Shown one piece after another: positions 52,295-64,000 of a stretch of DNA of 64,000 nucleotides. The translations under genes and the position numbers were made by a program. The first letter of the stretch is position 1. Each line of letters begins with the position of its first letter. Under the pieces are notes generated by a model, which had not been told where the DNA came from, ran no database searches, and was given only the letters and a program-made list of their open reading frames with translations. Source of the DNA: Kudoa neothunni (taxonomy: Eukaryota; Animalia; Cnidaria); assembly GCA_964304625.1 (NCBI GenBank), contig OZ199838.1, positions 6,745,731 to 6,809,730 on the forward strand. Direction: 5' to 3'.

Positions 52295-53777
52295 GACAGT
52301 GGCTATTCCCATGGAAACGAATAACTCCTCCGTTATAGGCGATATTTCAAATCTGACTTCATATTTGAATTGAGCTATTTTTAATCTAATTTTGTATATA
52401 AAAGTTGTTTGAAATTTAAAGAATAAAAATTCAACATTTTGTATGCCCTATTTACACTGTTCATTAGTAGTACACTCACGTTTTTTAGGCTAATATTATG
52501 TAATACAAACATCATAATTGAAATGAAAATTAAAAACATATTCTAATAAGTAGAAACCGTTCTGTTCGTGCATTCTTGTGTCACCCACCATGTCTAAATA
52601 TGAATATGCGCGTGAATCCTATTTGATTATGGGGCGTTCTATTTCGTAAGACTAGTTCTAAATTTAAAAAAAAAACTTTGAAATAACTGAAATCTGTAGG
52701 ACAAGTTTATGTATTATATTCAGTTGGAGAGGAGAAATTTAAGCTTGTGTAAGATATAAAATACCAATTGCATGGAATTGGTTTGAAAGTGGTGTCATTC
52801 TTGCTTCCTATGAAAGCGCTTTTAAATTGATTTTCTCAAACTTATACCTTTTATTAAAAAATATTATTGTACTGTTAAAATTTTCAATGTGGTTATTTTG
52901 GAGAAATTTTTTGGGCGCACAGCTAAACAACCATGGCTAGTGGATAAGTTGATCAATTCTTCATTGGAGTGAAAATTGATTCTTCTGAACTATTAAAATG
53001 ACACATCCCTCAGTATCAGTAAACAAATGTTTACAATCTTAAAATGAAATTTTTCGGAACAATTCAAAATGCTCAGGGACGAATTAACCGTTATTTTAAC
53101 TCCAACATTGTTTATTATAATACTTACTACATTTCTTCGCTGGCTCGCTTTACAAAAGCCAAATAAACGTACCCCAAAAATCACCATTCAAAAATTTTCA
53201 TTTTATAAATTTACCCATTAAGACGATACCAGAGGAATTAATGCAGAAAATTCAGAATCACCCTGCTTGTTAAAAGTTGATAAATGAGTTTAAATTAAAA
53301 AGTATAGGTTTACTCTTAAATTTAAACTCATAGGTTCCTGTATTTATAGGTTCTGTATTCACGAATAGGCACCATGAAAATCTTTCTCATACTTCTGATT
53401 AAAGTAAATACATTTGTAGGGACAAAACAACGAAAATTCCCCAAATTATAGTACAATCTTATAGATGCATATGAAAAGTGGTTTACATCGTTGTAAAATA
53501 GTTCGAATCCAATTAATATCCATTAATTAACGACAATTTTGTTAAATTTTTATTAAAAAATGTTTATATTACATAATATTAGACTCAAAAACGTGAGTGT
53601 ACTACTAGTGAACAGTGTAAATAGGACAGACAAAGTGTTGAATTTTTATTCTTCAAATTTCAAACAATTTTTACATAAAAAATTCGACTAAAAATAGCTC
53701 AATTCAAATATGAAGTCAGATTTGAAATATCGTCTATAACAGAGGAGTTATTCGTTTCCATGGGAATAGCCACTGCC
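52295..53777. mobile_element. Mutator-like (MULE) element with long TIRs
   Basis: ~215-bp inverted repeats (52295-~52512 vs ~53560-53777) beginning GACAGTGGC. 9-bp flanking direct repeat TTGTGTCGG / TTTTGTCGG. Confidence 0.75.
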
Positions 53778-53894
53778 TTTTGTCGGACGGCGAAGTCACT
53801 AAATATTTCCTATTAATTAATTTAAAATAAATTTATATAAATTATATATTATTAAAATGCTCTTGTAAATATTGCATATATTCATATTTTTAGG

Positions 53895-54930
53895 ATGGAA
53901 TTTAATTATGGAAATAGTCAACCTAATAGAAACCAAGTAAGCATTAGCGATGCTGATGGAGTAAAAATCATAAACAAATCGTTGGAAGGAATATCGGCGA
54001 AACAGTTTTCTGAAAATCTTTCACGTAACTACAGGTCCGTTTGGAGAATAATTGACAAATACAACAGAAATGGTGTTATAAACGTTCAGAAACGTGGAGA
54101 TGACAGAAAATTGAAGTTATTTCACGATCGAAAATTAGAAATTTTAACTTGGATTGACCGTGACTGTTTGCTGAGACTGAGCGATATCACCAGAATAATC
54201 GGCGAAAATTTTGGACTCTCGGCCAGCATAAGTACAGTTGAAAGAATTATCCGAGACTTTCATTACACAATAAAATCCGCCGTCCCGATTCCCGAAAGAA
54301 GAAATTGTGAATCCACAATCGAAACGAGATTCAAATATGCTAAAGATTTTAGGGAATATGAACTGGAGGCAGAGGATAAAAACTTCATATTTATGGACAA
54401 GGTTGGGTTTTCAGTGGTAGCGAGACCAAAAAGAGGTAGTTCGGCAAGAGGGGTTTCGCCTTATCTTTCTATTTCAACTGCCCGGAGTAGAGATATTTAG
54501 GCTGTGTCTGTTATGAATAAGTACGGCATGATATATCACAAAATTCACAGTAAGGCAGTGAGTGGTGAAAATTTCAGAAAATGTCTAATTAAAATAGAGA
54601 ATACCTGTTTATCCAGGAATATAAACAATCTAATTTTTATTATTGATAACGCATGTATCCATCATTACAGCGGACTTTATGACACAATTGACTCACTCCA
54701 ACTTTAATTGTTTTTCCAACCGCTGTATTCTCCGTTCCCATAACCTATAGAGAATATTTTTTCCATGTGGAAAAATTTGGTTGTAAAGGCAGAAGAAAAA
54801 CATGAGGGAGAATTAAAAGAATTAATATCATCTAAATTTAACGAGATTAATGGCTCGCATTGTGATAGCTTCTATAGGAAGATGTTAAAGTATTTATGAA
54901 AGATAGCAAACAAAGAAATAATTAATCGAT
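53895..54930 (+). pseudogene. IS630/Tc1 DDE transposase pseudogene
   Basis: HTH region, FIFMDKVGF, IIDNACIHH, LYSPFP*PIE; in-frame stops. Confidence 0.88.
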
Positions 54931-55317
54931 ATAAAATTTATTTTCTACTATTATTGGATTTATTATATCGATATATCGGAAGTGTTTTCCTGCGCAGAAT
55001 TTAACTTTAACATAATTTGAGACTTAAATATTTCAATATTCAAACTTATTTTATGATTATCACATTGATTGCAAAGAACCTCATATTGATCGGGAAACCC
55101 TATAATTATATGAAATTTTAACATCTGTTATAATCTACAGCAGTCACTATAGGACCAGGGGTTTTGAGACTGAGAGTGTCAGACGTTTTTTTCAAATTTA
55201 CCCCTCAGATTTGGAAACCAAATTCATGTTTACTTTAAGGCTTTATACTGGTTTAGCTATGGCCGAGGTTATTGGTGGGGTAAATTCTGATCCTAAAAGG
55301 CATGTAGGCTTACATAA

Positions 55318-57740
55318 CCCTCCGAGCCCTTTCCGGGTCAAATTGACCCCGGAGCTTATTGTATCACAAATTATCTACGCATAGAATATGTAAAAAAATT
55401 TTAACATTTGGTCTATTCTCCTAAAACTAACGATATTATATAAATTTTGAATACAAATTCGAAAAAGTCCAATAAACAACGATATACAAAAAAACCTACA
55501 TTTGATGCTTTTTTGGGTCAATTTAACTCCGGGTTTTTATTGCTTTAAATAATACAAAATAATTTTAAAAAAATGAGTTTGGTTGAATTCTGTTGACAAA
55601 ATGCTGAGTAAACAAGGAAAACATGTAGACGAGATAATACGCGACGGTACGGGTGCGGATGTTGCCGTTTTTTTTCTGGTTGACCCGGTTACAAACTACT
55701 GCCAAAAAATATCTGCCTATTTGGGGAAGGCAAATACAGAAAGAGCTTATGTGTGGTGAAAATGTTGTGCTCAAACTAGTGACTCACCTGAAGAACGGTG
55801 GTAGAAATATTGTTTGCGGCAACTTTGTTACCTCTGTTCCACTCGCTGATAAGTTATTAACTTATGGACTTACGATGCTTGGTACAATAAGATCGAATAA
55901 ACGGGATATTCCTCCAATAATGAAAAGCAGTAAATCGAGGGAGATTAAAAGTTCTTGTTTTCTTTTTAATGAAAAAAAGTGTTATGATCCGGTGTACCAA
56001 GGAAAAATAGGGCCGTAATACTCCTAGCAACATCAACCACCAACACTAAAACTTCCGACGATACTAATAAAATGCCAGAAATAATAAGTTATTGTAATAA
56101 AACCAAGGCGGAGTCGATACTGTTGATCGTACCCTCGCTTTGGCGAGTGTAAAAGGTACTCGGATCGTTGGCCTACAGTTGTTTTTTGCAACATTATTGA
56201 TATAAGTTTTATAGATGCATTTTGTCTATACCAAATTACATTTAATGATAAAAGGACAAAAATATCGAAATTTCCGGAAAGTCTCGCTGACTTGACCTAC
56301 TTGTTAGGCCTTCCTTCAAATTAAAAAAGCATGCAATGAATCGAATTATCAAAATATGCCCAAATTTACATTACATAGATCCCGTAAAAGGTGCACATTA
56401 TGCTCCAGAAACTCTGACAGAAAGACGAATAACTCGTGTAACGTTTGTTTAAGACATTGATGAGAAAATCGTTCAACCATTTTTTTCTCGGACTGTTCAA
56501 AAATTATATAACTGTATGTATAATAGAACTAGCGCAAAAACCTGCTTTGCGTGGGCTTCCTTGCCCGGACACGCAGACTAAAGCCTTGATTAGGCCAAGG
56601 TCATTTGAAGTTCAAAGTAAATTCAGAGTATTTAAATAAATAGTACAAAGATTACCCAATTAACTGATGATTTGTTTAACTCATTTGGTGCTTGAACCTT
56701 ATTTAATATTTTTAAAAACGAATAAACACTACTGAGAGTTTGAATTTTCTATTTGGAGCTCCTAAAATATCGATTTTCTCCTTGTTGTTTGCAGTAATCT
56801 CCAAATCATACCATTTGAATAGGACTAATCTTATTATACATCAACAAATGAATTTCATATTAATGCTTGGATACATAACCTAATATTACCTTCCTTATTT
56901 GAACTATCTCAATTACTTTCCAATAATTTTAAAGTAAAATAAACACTATGGTACACTTAAAATTAACTTTTTATAACTTTAACGAAATGGCCTATATGTT
57001 CGCGTAAACCTTTTATAATTTTTTACGTATTTTTCTGTGTTAAAATAAAATTTTATCTTTCCATATGTGTGCTCAAATAGAGCGATATATCTCACTATAA
57101 AGAATGAAAAATGCATACACACTGACACACACACGGATTACCGGTTTGCTTTATGTAGTAGATTTTATTGTTTTCTTATTTTAGATGTTATGTACTCTTT
57201 TTAGTTGGAATCATTAAATCCGTTTGAAATTCTTAGTCTTATTAACCGCTATACGTCTCTTTAAAGTGATTTAATCTAATTCCAAAATTAATCTTCGAAC
57301 AGGGAATCGTAGGCAGTTTTGTATAAAGTCAATATGCTTCGATGCAAATTATGAAAAATATTAATTAGGGAAATAATTTATTACTGACGATTACGGAAGG
57401 ACTTAAGCTACGTGTTTTAATCAAAAAAATGTTATAATAATTTTAAACTCTCAGTAATTAAGAAATCACAACTAATACGTTACAACAAAGCCTAAGATAA
57501 CAGAAATATGGATGGTGTCCGTTAATAAGCTTGTGTTCGGGCCATTTCGCATGCATGTGGTGAAACTCTTAATAAGAATACAACAGAAATCTGTCGAAAA
57601 ATTTTTATTTAATTTTCACAATGATTACATAATTATTTATTGAATTCAGTTATGCAACAAAAATCTGGGGTCAATTTGACCCCAAAAAGCACCAAGTGCA
57701 TAGTCGATATTGAGGCGCTCCGAGCGCCACACTCGGAAGG
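55318..57740 (+). mobile_element. piggyBac (PGBD4-like) element, degenerate
   Basis: ATAA|CCCTCCGAG ... CTCGGAAGG|ATAA, with GGGTCAAATTGACCCC palindromes near both ends. Remnant GRNIVCGNFVTSVPLA..GTIRSNKR, MPEII.Y.N.TK.GVD, RWP..VF. Confidence 0.85.
56528..57163 (+). mobile_element. Helentron/HINE-like element nested in the piggyBac
   Basis: Head ACTAGCG..CCTGCTTTGCGTGGG and tail (AC)nGGA..TTTATGTAGTAGAT, like 26463-27600. Confidence 0.45.
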
Positions 57741-58426
57741 ATAATGACAATTATTAAACCATCAACTCTTACTCACAAGTTGTCTACAAATTTATTTTTT
57801 TTATATTTTTCTAAATTAACTTGTTTCCATCTCAATCCTTCGATCTTAGAGGACAGACATAATTTAAAATGGTGAAGACAAGTGACACCTAAATATTATT
57901 TACCACGCAAATAGCCTCTCTAATTATTATTCTTATTAGGCCACGCCATTAATAAATAAACGAACCATATAAGAAAGAGATAGATCATAATTTTATGAAT
58001 AATTGTTAAATATTTATCCCCAAAAACATTTTAAGCATTTCTACCAACTTCTTAGGGAGTTTAATAGCCCTAAATAATATGATTCCTTAGAAATCCTTAT
58101 ATGAGTCAAACCTCTTTAAGCAAAAATTTCCCCTTTCAAATTTTGATGTCACTTATTTACCCACTTTCTTTTAAAATTTACCCTCAACCGGTAAATTTAC
58201 CCCTGGTTGAGAACCTCTGCTATAGGACATAACAATTAAATAATGATTATTTGTTCATTAATAGATAGTAACTCCCTATTTTAATGGTCCTTTATACAAA
58301 AATTCTATGACTTTTCATAAGCTCAAAAGTATCCCAATTTTGTCATAAAAACGAATAACTCAATAAAAAAACTCATAATAAACCATTTAATCAACAGTCG
58401 TGTCATCATCAAAAAGTAGTCAACAC

Positions 58427-59508
58427 TTTACTTTCCCTGTACTAACTTCCGAAACAAAGCGCGTGTGCCTGACTGGGGTATTTCTTGACCCCAGACGAAA
58501 TACGCCTTGAACTTATTCAATTTATCTCAATTTTATATGTTGTAAACAATACATCAAGATTAACAATTCCATAGAAAATATACCGCGGATTGCTATGTCT
58601 GGAGTTATTCACATGAATTTATTTATCAGCAACATTATTGGTATAATGTTAAACTAACAGCACAAAGGTATATTTTACACTCCTTAAACAATCAACAATG
58701 TTGATTGTCATCATCAAATAGAATTAATGAACATTTACGCAATAAACTCCAGATACATACTTTAGTGTGCAGATATTTTCTCGGTAATAACCGGTGGTAT
58801 AAGAAAATTTAGGATTAGTGTTATTATCAAGTGAATCGATATTCCATGAAACGAAAAAGAATTTAATATTTCATTATAGTATTTATTTTCAGATAGATGT
58901 AATGAACGGTCGCGGACGAGATCCAAGCCTGCGAGCCATAGCTTAAAAGTCGGCGGTGCCATACCGCTGTGTTGTTGATCGCGCGTTAGTTGACTTTGGT
59001 TACAACTCTTATACCAGCAGTTAAAGAGTTTTCTAAATATTTAAATTCTTGTTAGGACTCATATTATAACCAACAAAAACAAAAAATTTATAAAAAAATT
59101 TTGTTACTCCAATATGCGAGAGCGAAAACAAATGGAAAAATTAATTGGATTAATTATCGCTAATCTATTGTGGATTATATTCAAAAATAAATATTGCTTT
59201 TCGCGGTTAGCGTCTTTGTTTGGATCGAAAATTTTGATTTTGTTGAGAGAAAATCATATTTATAGTAAATATATGAGGTTTAGAAAATAATACAATAAAT
59301 ATTAAATGAAATTTGAAAAGCTATGTCTTATTTTATGCTTAGATCTTTATCCGATAAATTACAAATTTTAATTCCTGATAGAAACACACTTAATATACGA
59401 ACATGAGAATTTTCAAAGTAAATAACCAAAAATACATCAATGTAGAAACAAAATAGTCAATTCGGGATGTTGAAATATCCCAGTCAGTGTCAGTACCGAC
59501 AGGATTAA
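58427..59508. mobile_element. Non-autonomous piggyBac-like element, copy 2
   Basis: Collinear with 11135-12110 plus ~100 extra nt near 58690-58795. Ends TTTA|CTTTCCCTGTACTAAC ... GTCAGTACCGACAGGA|TTAA. Confidence 0.8.
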
Positions 59509-59664
59509 ACAAAATGCTCACTTTTTTGACAGCTGATCATTTTTTTATTCTTCCAACAAAAAATATAACGTTTGCTACGTAGACATAAAAGTTCTAACAA
59601 AAACATACATTCCAACGAAGAACGTAACAATGAGTTATACAACTAAAATAAAGTTGTTGATGTT

Positions 59665-60963
59665 TTAGGTATCATCTTCAAAAAATGGTCCTTTAAGGAA
59701 AAGATACTGAATGGTGTGATTAAAATTTCTATCACATAGATATAATGCTTCTGTGAGCTCATCCATAGAGTAACCATACGCGCACAACTACAAAAATAGA
59801 ATAATAATCATAAAAGGAGTAACAACTTTTTGCAGCTGTAATTTTTCTTCGTTTGTTAGATTCTGAACAAATCTATTAATTTTATCTCGAGTGAGTTTGC
59901 TATTTGTAGGGTTAGGATTTGGTGGACCGATATGAACTTTTCGATAGTTCTCTAATACTATTTGACCGAATTCCGTAGGATGGGCTAGGATATACTAGAA
60001 TCCGTTAGGAAAATAACATTTAGTAATGCAATCTGTAGACCAGTTACCTCCAAAACTTTAGGATCGTATTTTCTTAACTCGGCCAACATGGGAATAATCA
60101 AAGTAGGTTCAGCAACCATATCTTTACAAAGTCGTTCAAAAATAGGATGATTGATGAATTTAGTAAATGAAGAAGGTTTATCCGGGTTAATCTCTGGGCG
60201 GTGGGTTTGAAGGTCCCTACCGACGTATTTGACTTCGACATTAAAACGTTTTCCAGGCAGTTCCTATTAGAGAAATCCACCATACACACACAATCCCACA
60301 AAAAACTATTTACCTCCAACTCTATTACATAGTCAAGTGCTTTACTTGGATCATACCTGGCCATTCTTAGCGAATAATCTATTTGCTGTTTTGATACGCC
60401 CATTTTTTCCAGAAAACTTGTGAGATCGGTTTTATTGTCCGAGCCTTTAACCGCTGGAAAGCTTAAGGTTGATATCGGAAGTTGCATTTTGAGTAATTGG
60501 GCATTATTTGATAAAAGCGGCTTTTTGAATGGTAACTGCTGGTCTGTCTTAGATTTCAACTCTAATATAGCCTACAAACAGTCAATCGCATAGTCTCAAC
60601 TCACACAACAACACTCACAGTTGTGCCCAAGACGACAATTCTACCATTTTCAACACTTGATGGAGGTAATTCTGAGACCAAACTATCATCCTTCAATATT
60701 TTCCCTATGGCAAATAGTTTCAAAAAATAGAATCAGCTAATAAGGAATCTATCCAATACACCAACGTACCTTCAAAGATTAATTTTAAGGTTTCGGGTTC
60801 ATAACCCCTACCTATAACTTCAAATACTTTTTTCTTCACATCCGCAATCTATATTGGTGTAAGGTTGTGCCTTCTTGTCACAAAAACCTACTTTATTTGT
60901 TTGTTCGGCGGTAATTTCAAAATTTACACCCGAAATAGTTATTAATTTGAGTGTGGAAGTCAT
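59665..60963 (-). CDS. RAD23: UV excision repair / ubiquitin shuttle protein RAD23, 7 exons
   Basis: Spliced UBL (LKLITISGVNFEI..IADVKKKV..LKLIFEGKILKDD), UBA1 (LEKMGVSKQQIDYSLRMARYDPSKALDYV), XPC-binding/STI1 (FINHPIFERLCKDMVAEPTLIIPMLAELRKYDPKVLEYILAHPTEF) and UBA2 (LTNEEKLQLQKLCAYGYSMDELTEALYLCDRN). Confidence 0.9.
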
Positions 60964-62201
60964 TTCTCAAGGTGGGCGGTAACTAACTTAATAAGATAGA
61001 TTTAAGCGCATGCGAGAGGAAAAAATTACGTTTGTTTTGGCGTTGGTATGGTTAGCCTCTAAGAGGTTCAAGGTACTGTCCATCGCGCAAACAACATTTC
61101 GCGGGTTCGGTAATGATTAAGCTTGTAAATTCCAAAATAAACCCCGATACTGAGACCAACTAGAAAAGTCTATAAACGATTGTTTCTTTCAGTAAAAAAT
61201 ATGAAGCTACGAATAATAAGCAGTTCATAGAAATAGTTAAACTTTATATGCTTATTCTAGTCGTAACCTTTCGGCTGTGAAAATAATCCGATTGTTAACT
61301 CCCATCAATATTAATTGGTCATTTAAAACAAAAATAAACTCTATTAAAAATATATATGTACAAAAAAATTTACTATATATTTTTCCGATTAAGATGGATG
61401 GGCTATACATGAATAATGTTGTTATTAGGAAAATAGCTTATTAATCCAAATAGGTAACCTTCCGCACACACTCATGTATCCAACTTGGAATTGAGGGACT
61501 GGTCCTAATTTCCCCATTATTTGTTGTTTGCATAAAAACATTTTTTGACTAATGGATTAATACTGCACTAGTTTGAAGGAATAATTAAATTGAATACTAA
61601 AATATTCATATGATAATATAATAACTAGTACATGATTAAAACTTTTCTCTATTCGCTCAATATATCGTATTTCTAAATTCTTCGTAAAATTTTGATTTTG
61701 ATTTTAATTAAAATTAAATATCTAATAAATTTATCATTCGTTCGCATTTCAGTTAAATGGAAAATAAAAACATGAGCCTTGTTATTGTGTAGAGTTTCTA
61801 TTAAAACATCCAATTCTTTCTTAAATGAACTCCTTAGAATTATATGGTCTTAATGAAACATTTAAGAAATAACAAGTATAATTAAATATTTGACGCAATC
61901 AAAATTATATCGAGGGCAAAAATAGTGAAGTATATTAATCGCCTACATTTTATTTAGATTTAAATTAACAATACGTAAAATAATACAATTTTAAAAGTTC
62001 AAACGTTTAAATTGAACAATACAAGGCTACAAATAGAAAATAATCTAACTGGGTTGATATTGACTAAACTGGATTTTAGAGAGGTTCATTATGAGGAAAA
62101 GATATCCATATATGTAATTAAAGGGACATTATTTGCAAATAAATGCTAGAGTCACAGATTTTTATTCATGTGACTGGTTGTTTTTATTGAAAAAGGTGTT
62201 A

Positions 62202-62848
62202 CAGTAGGCAACCGATAAAATCCCATCCAAGGTGTTTGCGCGGATAATTTTATTTTGCATTTTCTTTATTTTTCAGCATAGGTATTACATCGTTTATTTA
62301 AATAGAATAACAAAAAAAATATTATTTTGATGATTTGGCTGAAAAATAATTTGAAATTTTTATTTTAATCATATTTAATGGGAAAATATTTATATCCTTT
62401 TACATTGGTATAAAATTTAATGAGTGATCAATTCTAAAATATTTTATATTTTTAACCCAAAATCTTTATTTATGTGCTTCCATAACATTCTTTAATTGGC
62501 TACTAACATTGTTTTAAAAAAATTTATTCTATTTTCATTTTCATGGAAAGTGTCATTTTTTGATAGATACCTCAAAAAACTTTCTCATTTCGTCCAAAAA
62601 TTCAACCGTCAGAGTTAAAATTTTTCCCTCGTTTCCAATAATAACCATTTAATCTACGTGGTTTAGCCGAAAAAGTTCGTATTATCGGCTAGTCACGTTA
62701 TATAACAGATTGGAGATTTCCTAGGTTAATTCAAAAATATTTTTAAGACCTATCTCGTTACAATCACAAAAATATTATAAAACGTATCACCCATATAAAC
62801 TTTGACTACGTCGTATCGATGAAAGTGCGTAATATCGGTTGCATATTG
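62202..62848. mobile_element. Tc1/pogo MITE
   Basis: TA|CAGTAGGCAACCGATA ... TATCGGTTGCATATTG. Homologous (inverted) to 24030 onward. Confidence 0.75.
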
Positions 62849-64000
62849 TTGTTTAAAATTAAAAAATTTTCAGAGTTAACGGATAGATGCAGTAGGGGAA
62901 TATTTAAAATTTTGAAAGAAGCGCTATTTTATACTAGCGGTTGTCTCAGCATACATGAGATAAAAAGGAGGCGAATTATAGGGTTGTAAGCACTCAGTAG
63001 TATTTTAACGTTGGTAATTTCTTTTTCCTGTTATTGAAATTTCTATATAGTTTCGATGTAAATATAACAAAGCTTAACTGTCTTAAATGCACAAGTTTGC
63101 TACAAGAAGCGTATTTTTTAAATAAATGATAAAATGTGGGCGATCATTTGATCACTTGGTCATTTTATAGGACGGCCCAAAATATTGATGAGAAAGTTTT
63201 TTTGGAAAGGAAATTTTCTATTAAATGGGGATAAATAATGGAATTCCTATTTGATTATCCGTTAAAAACATCCAATTGCTTTCTCTTCATATAAACGTCG
63301 CCTGTATCATGCTATTGATTAACTTTAGTGTTTAGATGGTATAAAATCCAATTGAAAAATATTTTGGGCATTTTTTATAAAGAAAATACAACAAATATTT
63401 TATTGGAAATAATTTTGGATATTCTGAATAAAATAAAAAATTCGCTTTGAAAAATGATAACTCATATTTTATAAAAGATTTTCAGTAACCATCTATATTT
63501 TTAACTGGCACTTGCTCCGTCAACAAATTTTTTAAAAAACAATAAGAAATATTAAGTTAACAATATTAATGCTAATTTTAGTTGTTAATTTGTTTTAATT
63601 AAATTAGATTATTTGGAATGATTTTAGATCGTTCATTAAGATTAATCTAACAATTATGTTAGATTAACTTTTTAAAATAAATCAACAATATAATAAGATA
63701 CTTGATTTTAATATGGAAAAAGAAATTTTCAGTCATTCAGATTATAAACTCCATTAACTAACCAGAAAGGTATATGCTGCAAATCTTGTGGAGTTATTAA
63801 ATCTAAACTTTCCATTATAGAGCATTCATAATATAATTAAGAAAATAAGGGGAAAATTAGAAGGGATCATGTTTTATTTCATTAATTTTTTGTATGCGTC
63901 ATATTTAAACATTGTAAAATAATTATGATCTCTCAAAAAACTTCGCAATACCGTAGGATTGCCATAAAAATGTTACACGCTATCAAATTACAATTTCTAA

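Larger units (their letters stand above)
52147..55102 (+). mobile_element. IS630/Tc1-family transposon with disrupted transposase, hosting a nested Mutator-like element
   Basis: TA|TAAGGTTTCCAGGTCAATATGAG ... CTCATATTGATCGGGAAACCCTA|TA. Transposase at 53895-~54930. Confidence 0.85.
55156..58219. mobile_element. hAT element (outer layer) with nested piggyBac and HINE-like insertions
   Basis: CTATAGGAC|CAGGGGTTTTGAGAC ... GGTTGAGAACCTCTG|CTATAGGAC. Subterminal TAAATTTACCCC repeats. Confidence 0.75.

Noticed and set aside
1-64000. CRISPR array, prokaryotic operon or alternative genetic code
   Set aside because: No repeat-spacer arrays; all genes splice into open frames with the standard code and canonical GT-AG introns.

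Overview
This is AT-rich eukaryotic (animal) genomic DNA, not prokaryotic. Genes are compact and highly divergent, with many short GT-AG introns (mostly ~40-60 nt), so the ORF track only shows fragments. A reduced parasitic metazoan such as a myxozoan cnidarian is my inference; it is not shown by the sequence. Manually spliced genes: an orphan secreted acidic 75-aa peptide (-), a Flower/CACFD1 homolog (+), histone H2A.Z (+), a miniaturised amyloid-precursor-protein (APP) family gene (-), MED21 (+), a 20-exon M1 aminopeptidase (+), a COA7-like Sel1-repeat protein (+) and RAD23 (-). There is also a single divergent but structurally intact 5S rRNA gene. By my boundary calls about half of the window (~32 kb) is decayed, often nested DNA transposons (Tc1/IS630, pogo, hAT, piggyBac, Mutator-like, Helitron-like, possible Merlin); I saw no retroelement ORF. 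The most interesting leads are (1) the stripped-down APP, which keeps the 6-Cys growth-factor-like domain and the caspase IEVD site but lacks the copper-binding domain, most of E2 and the NPxY motif, and (2) a ~95-nt Sm-site small-RNA candidate at 3746-3840 that looks like a spliced-leader RNA or a minimal U1. All calls are by eye; no searches were run.
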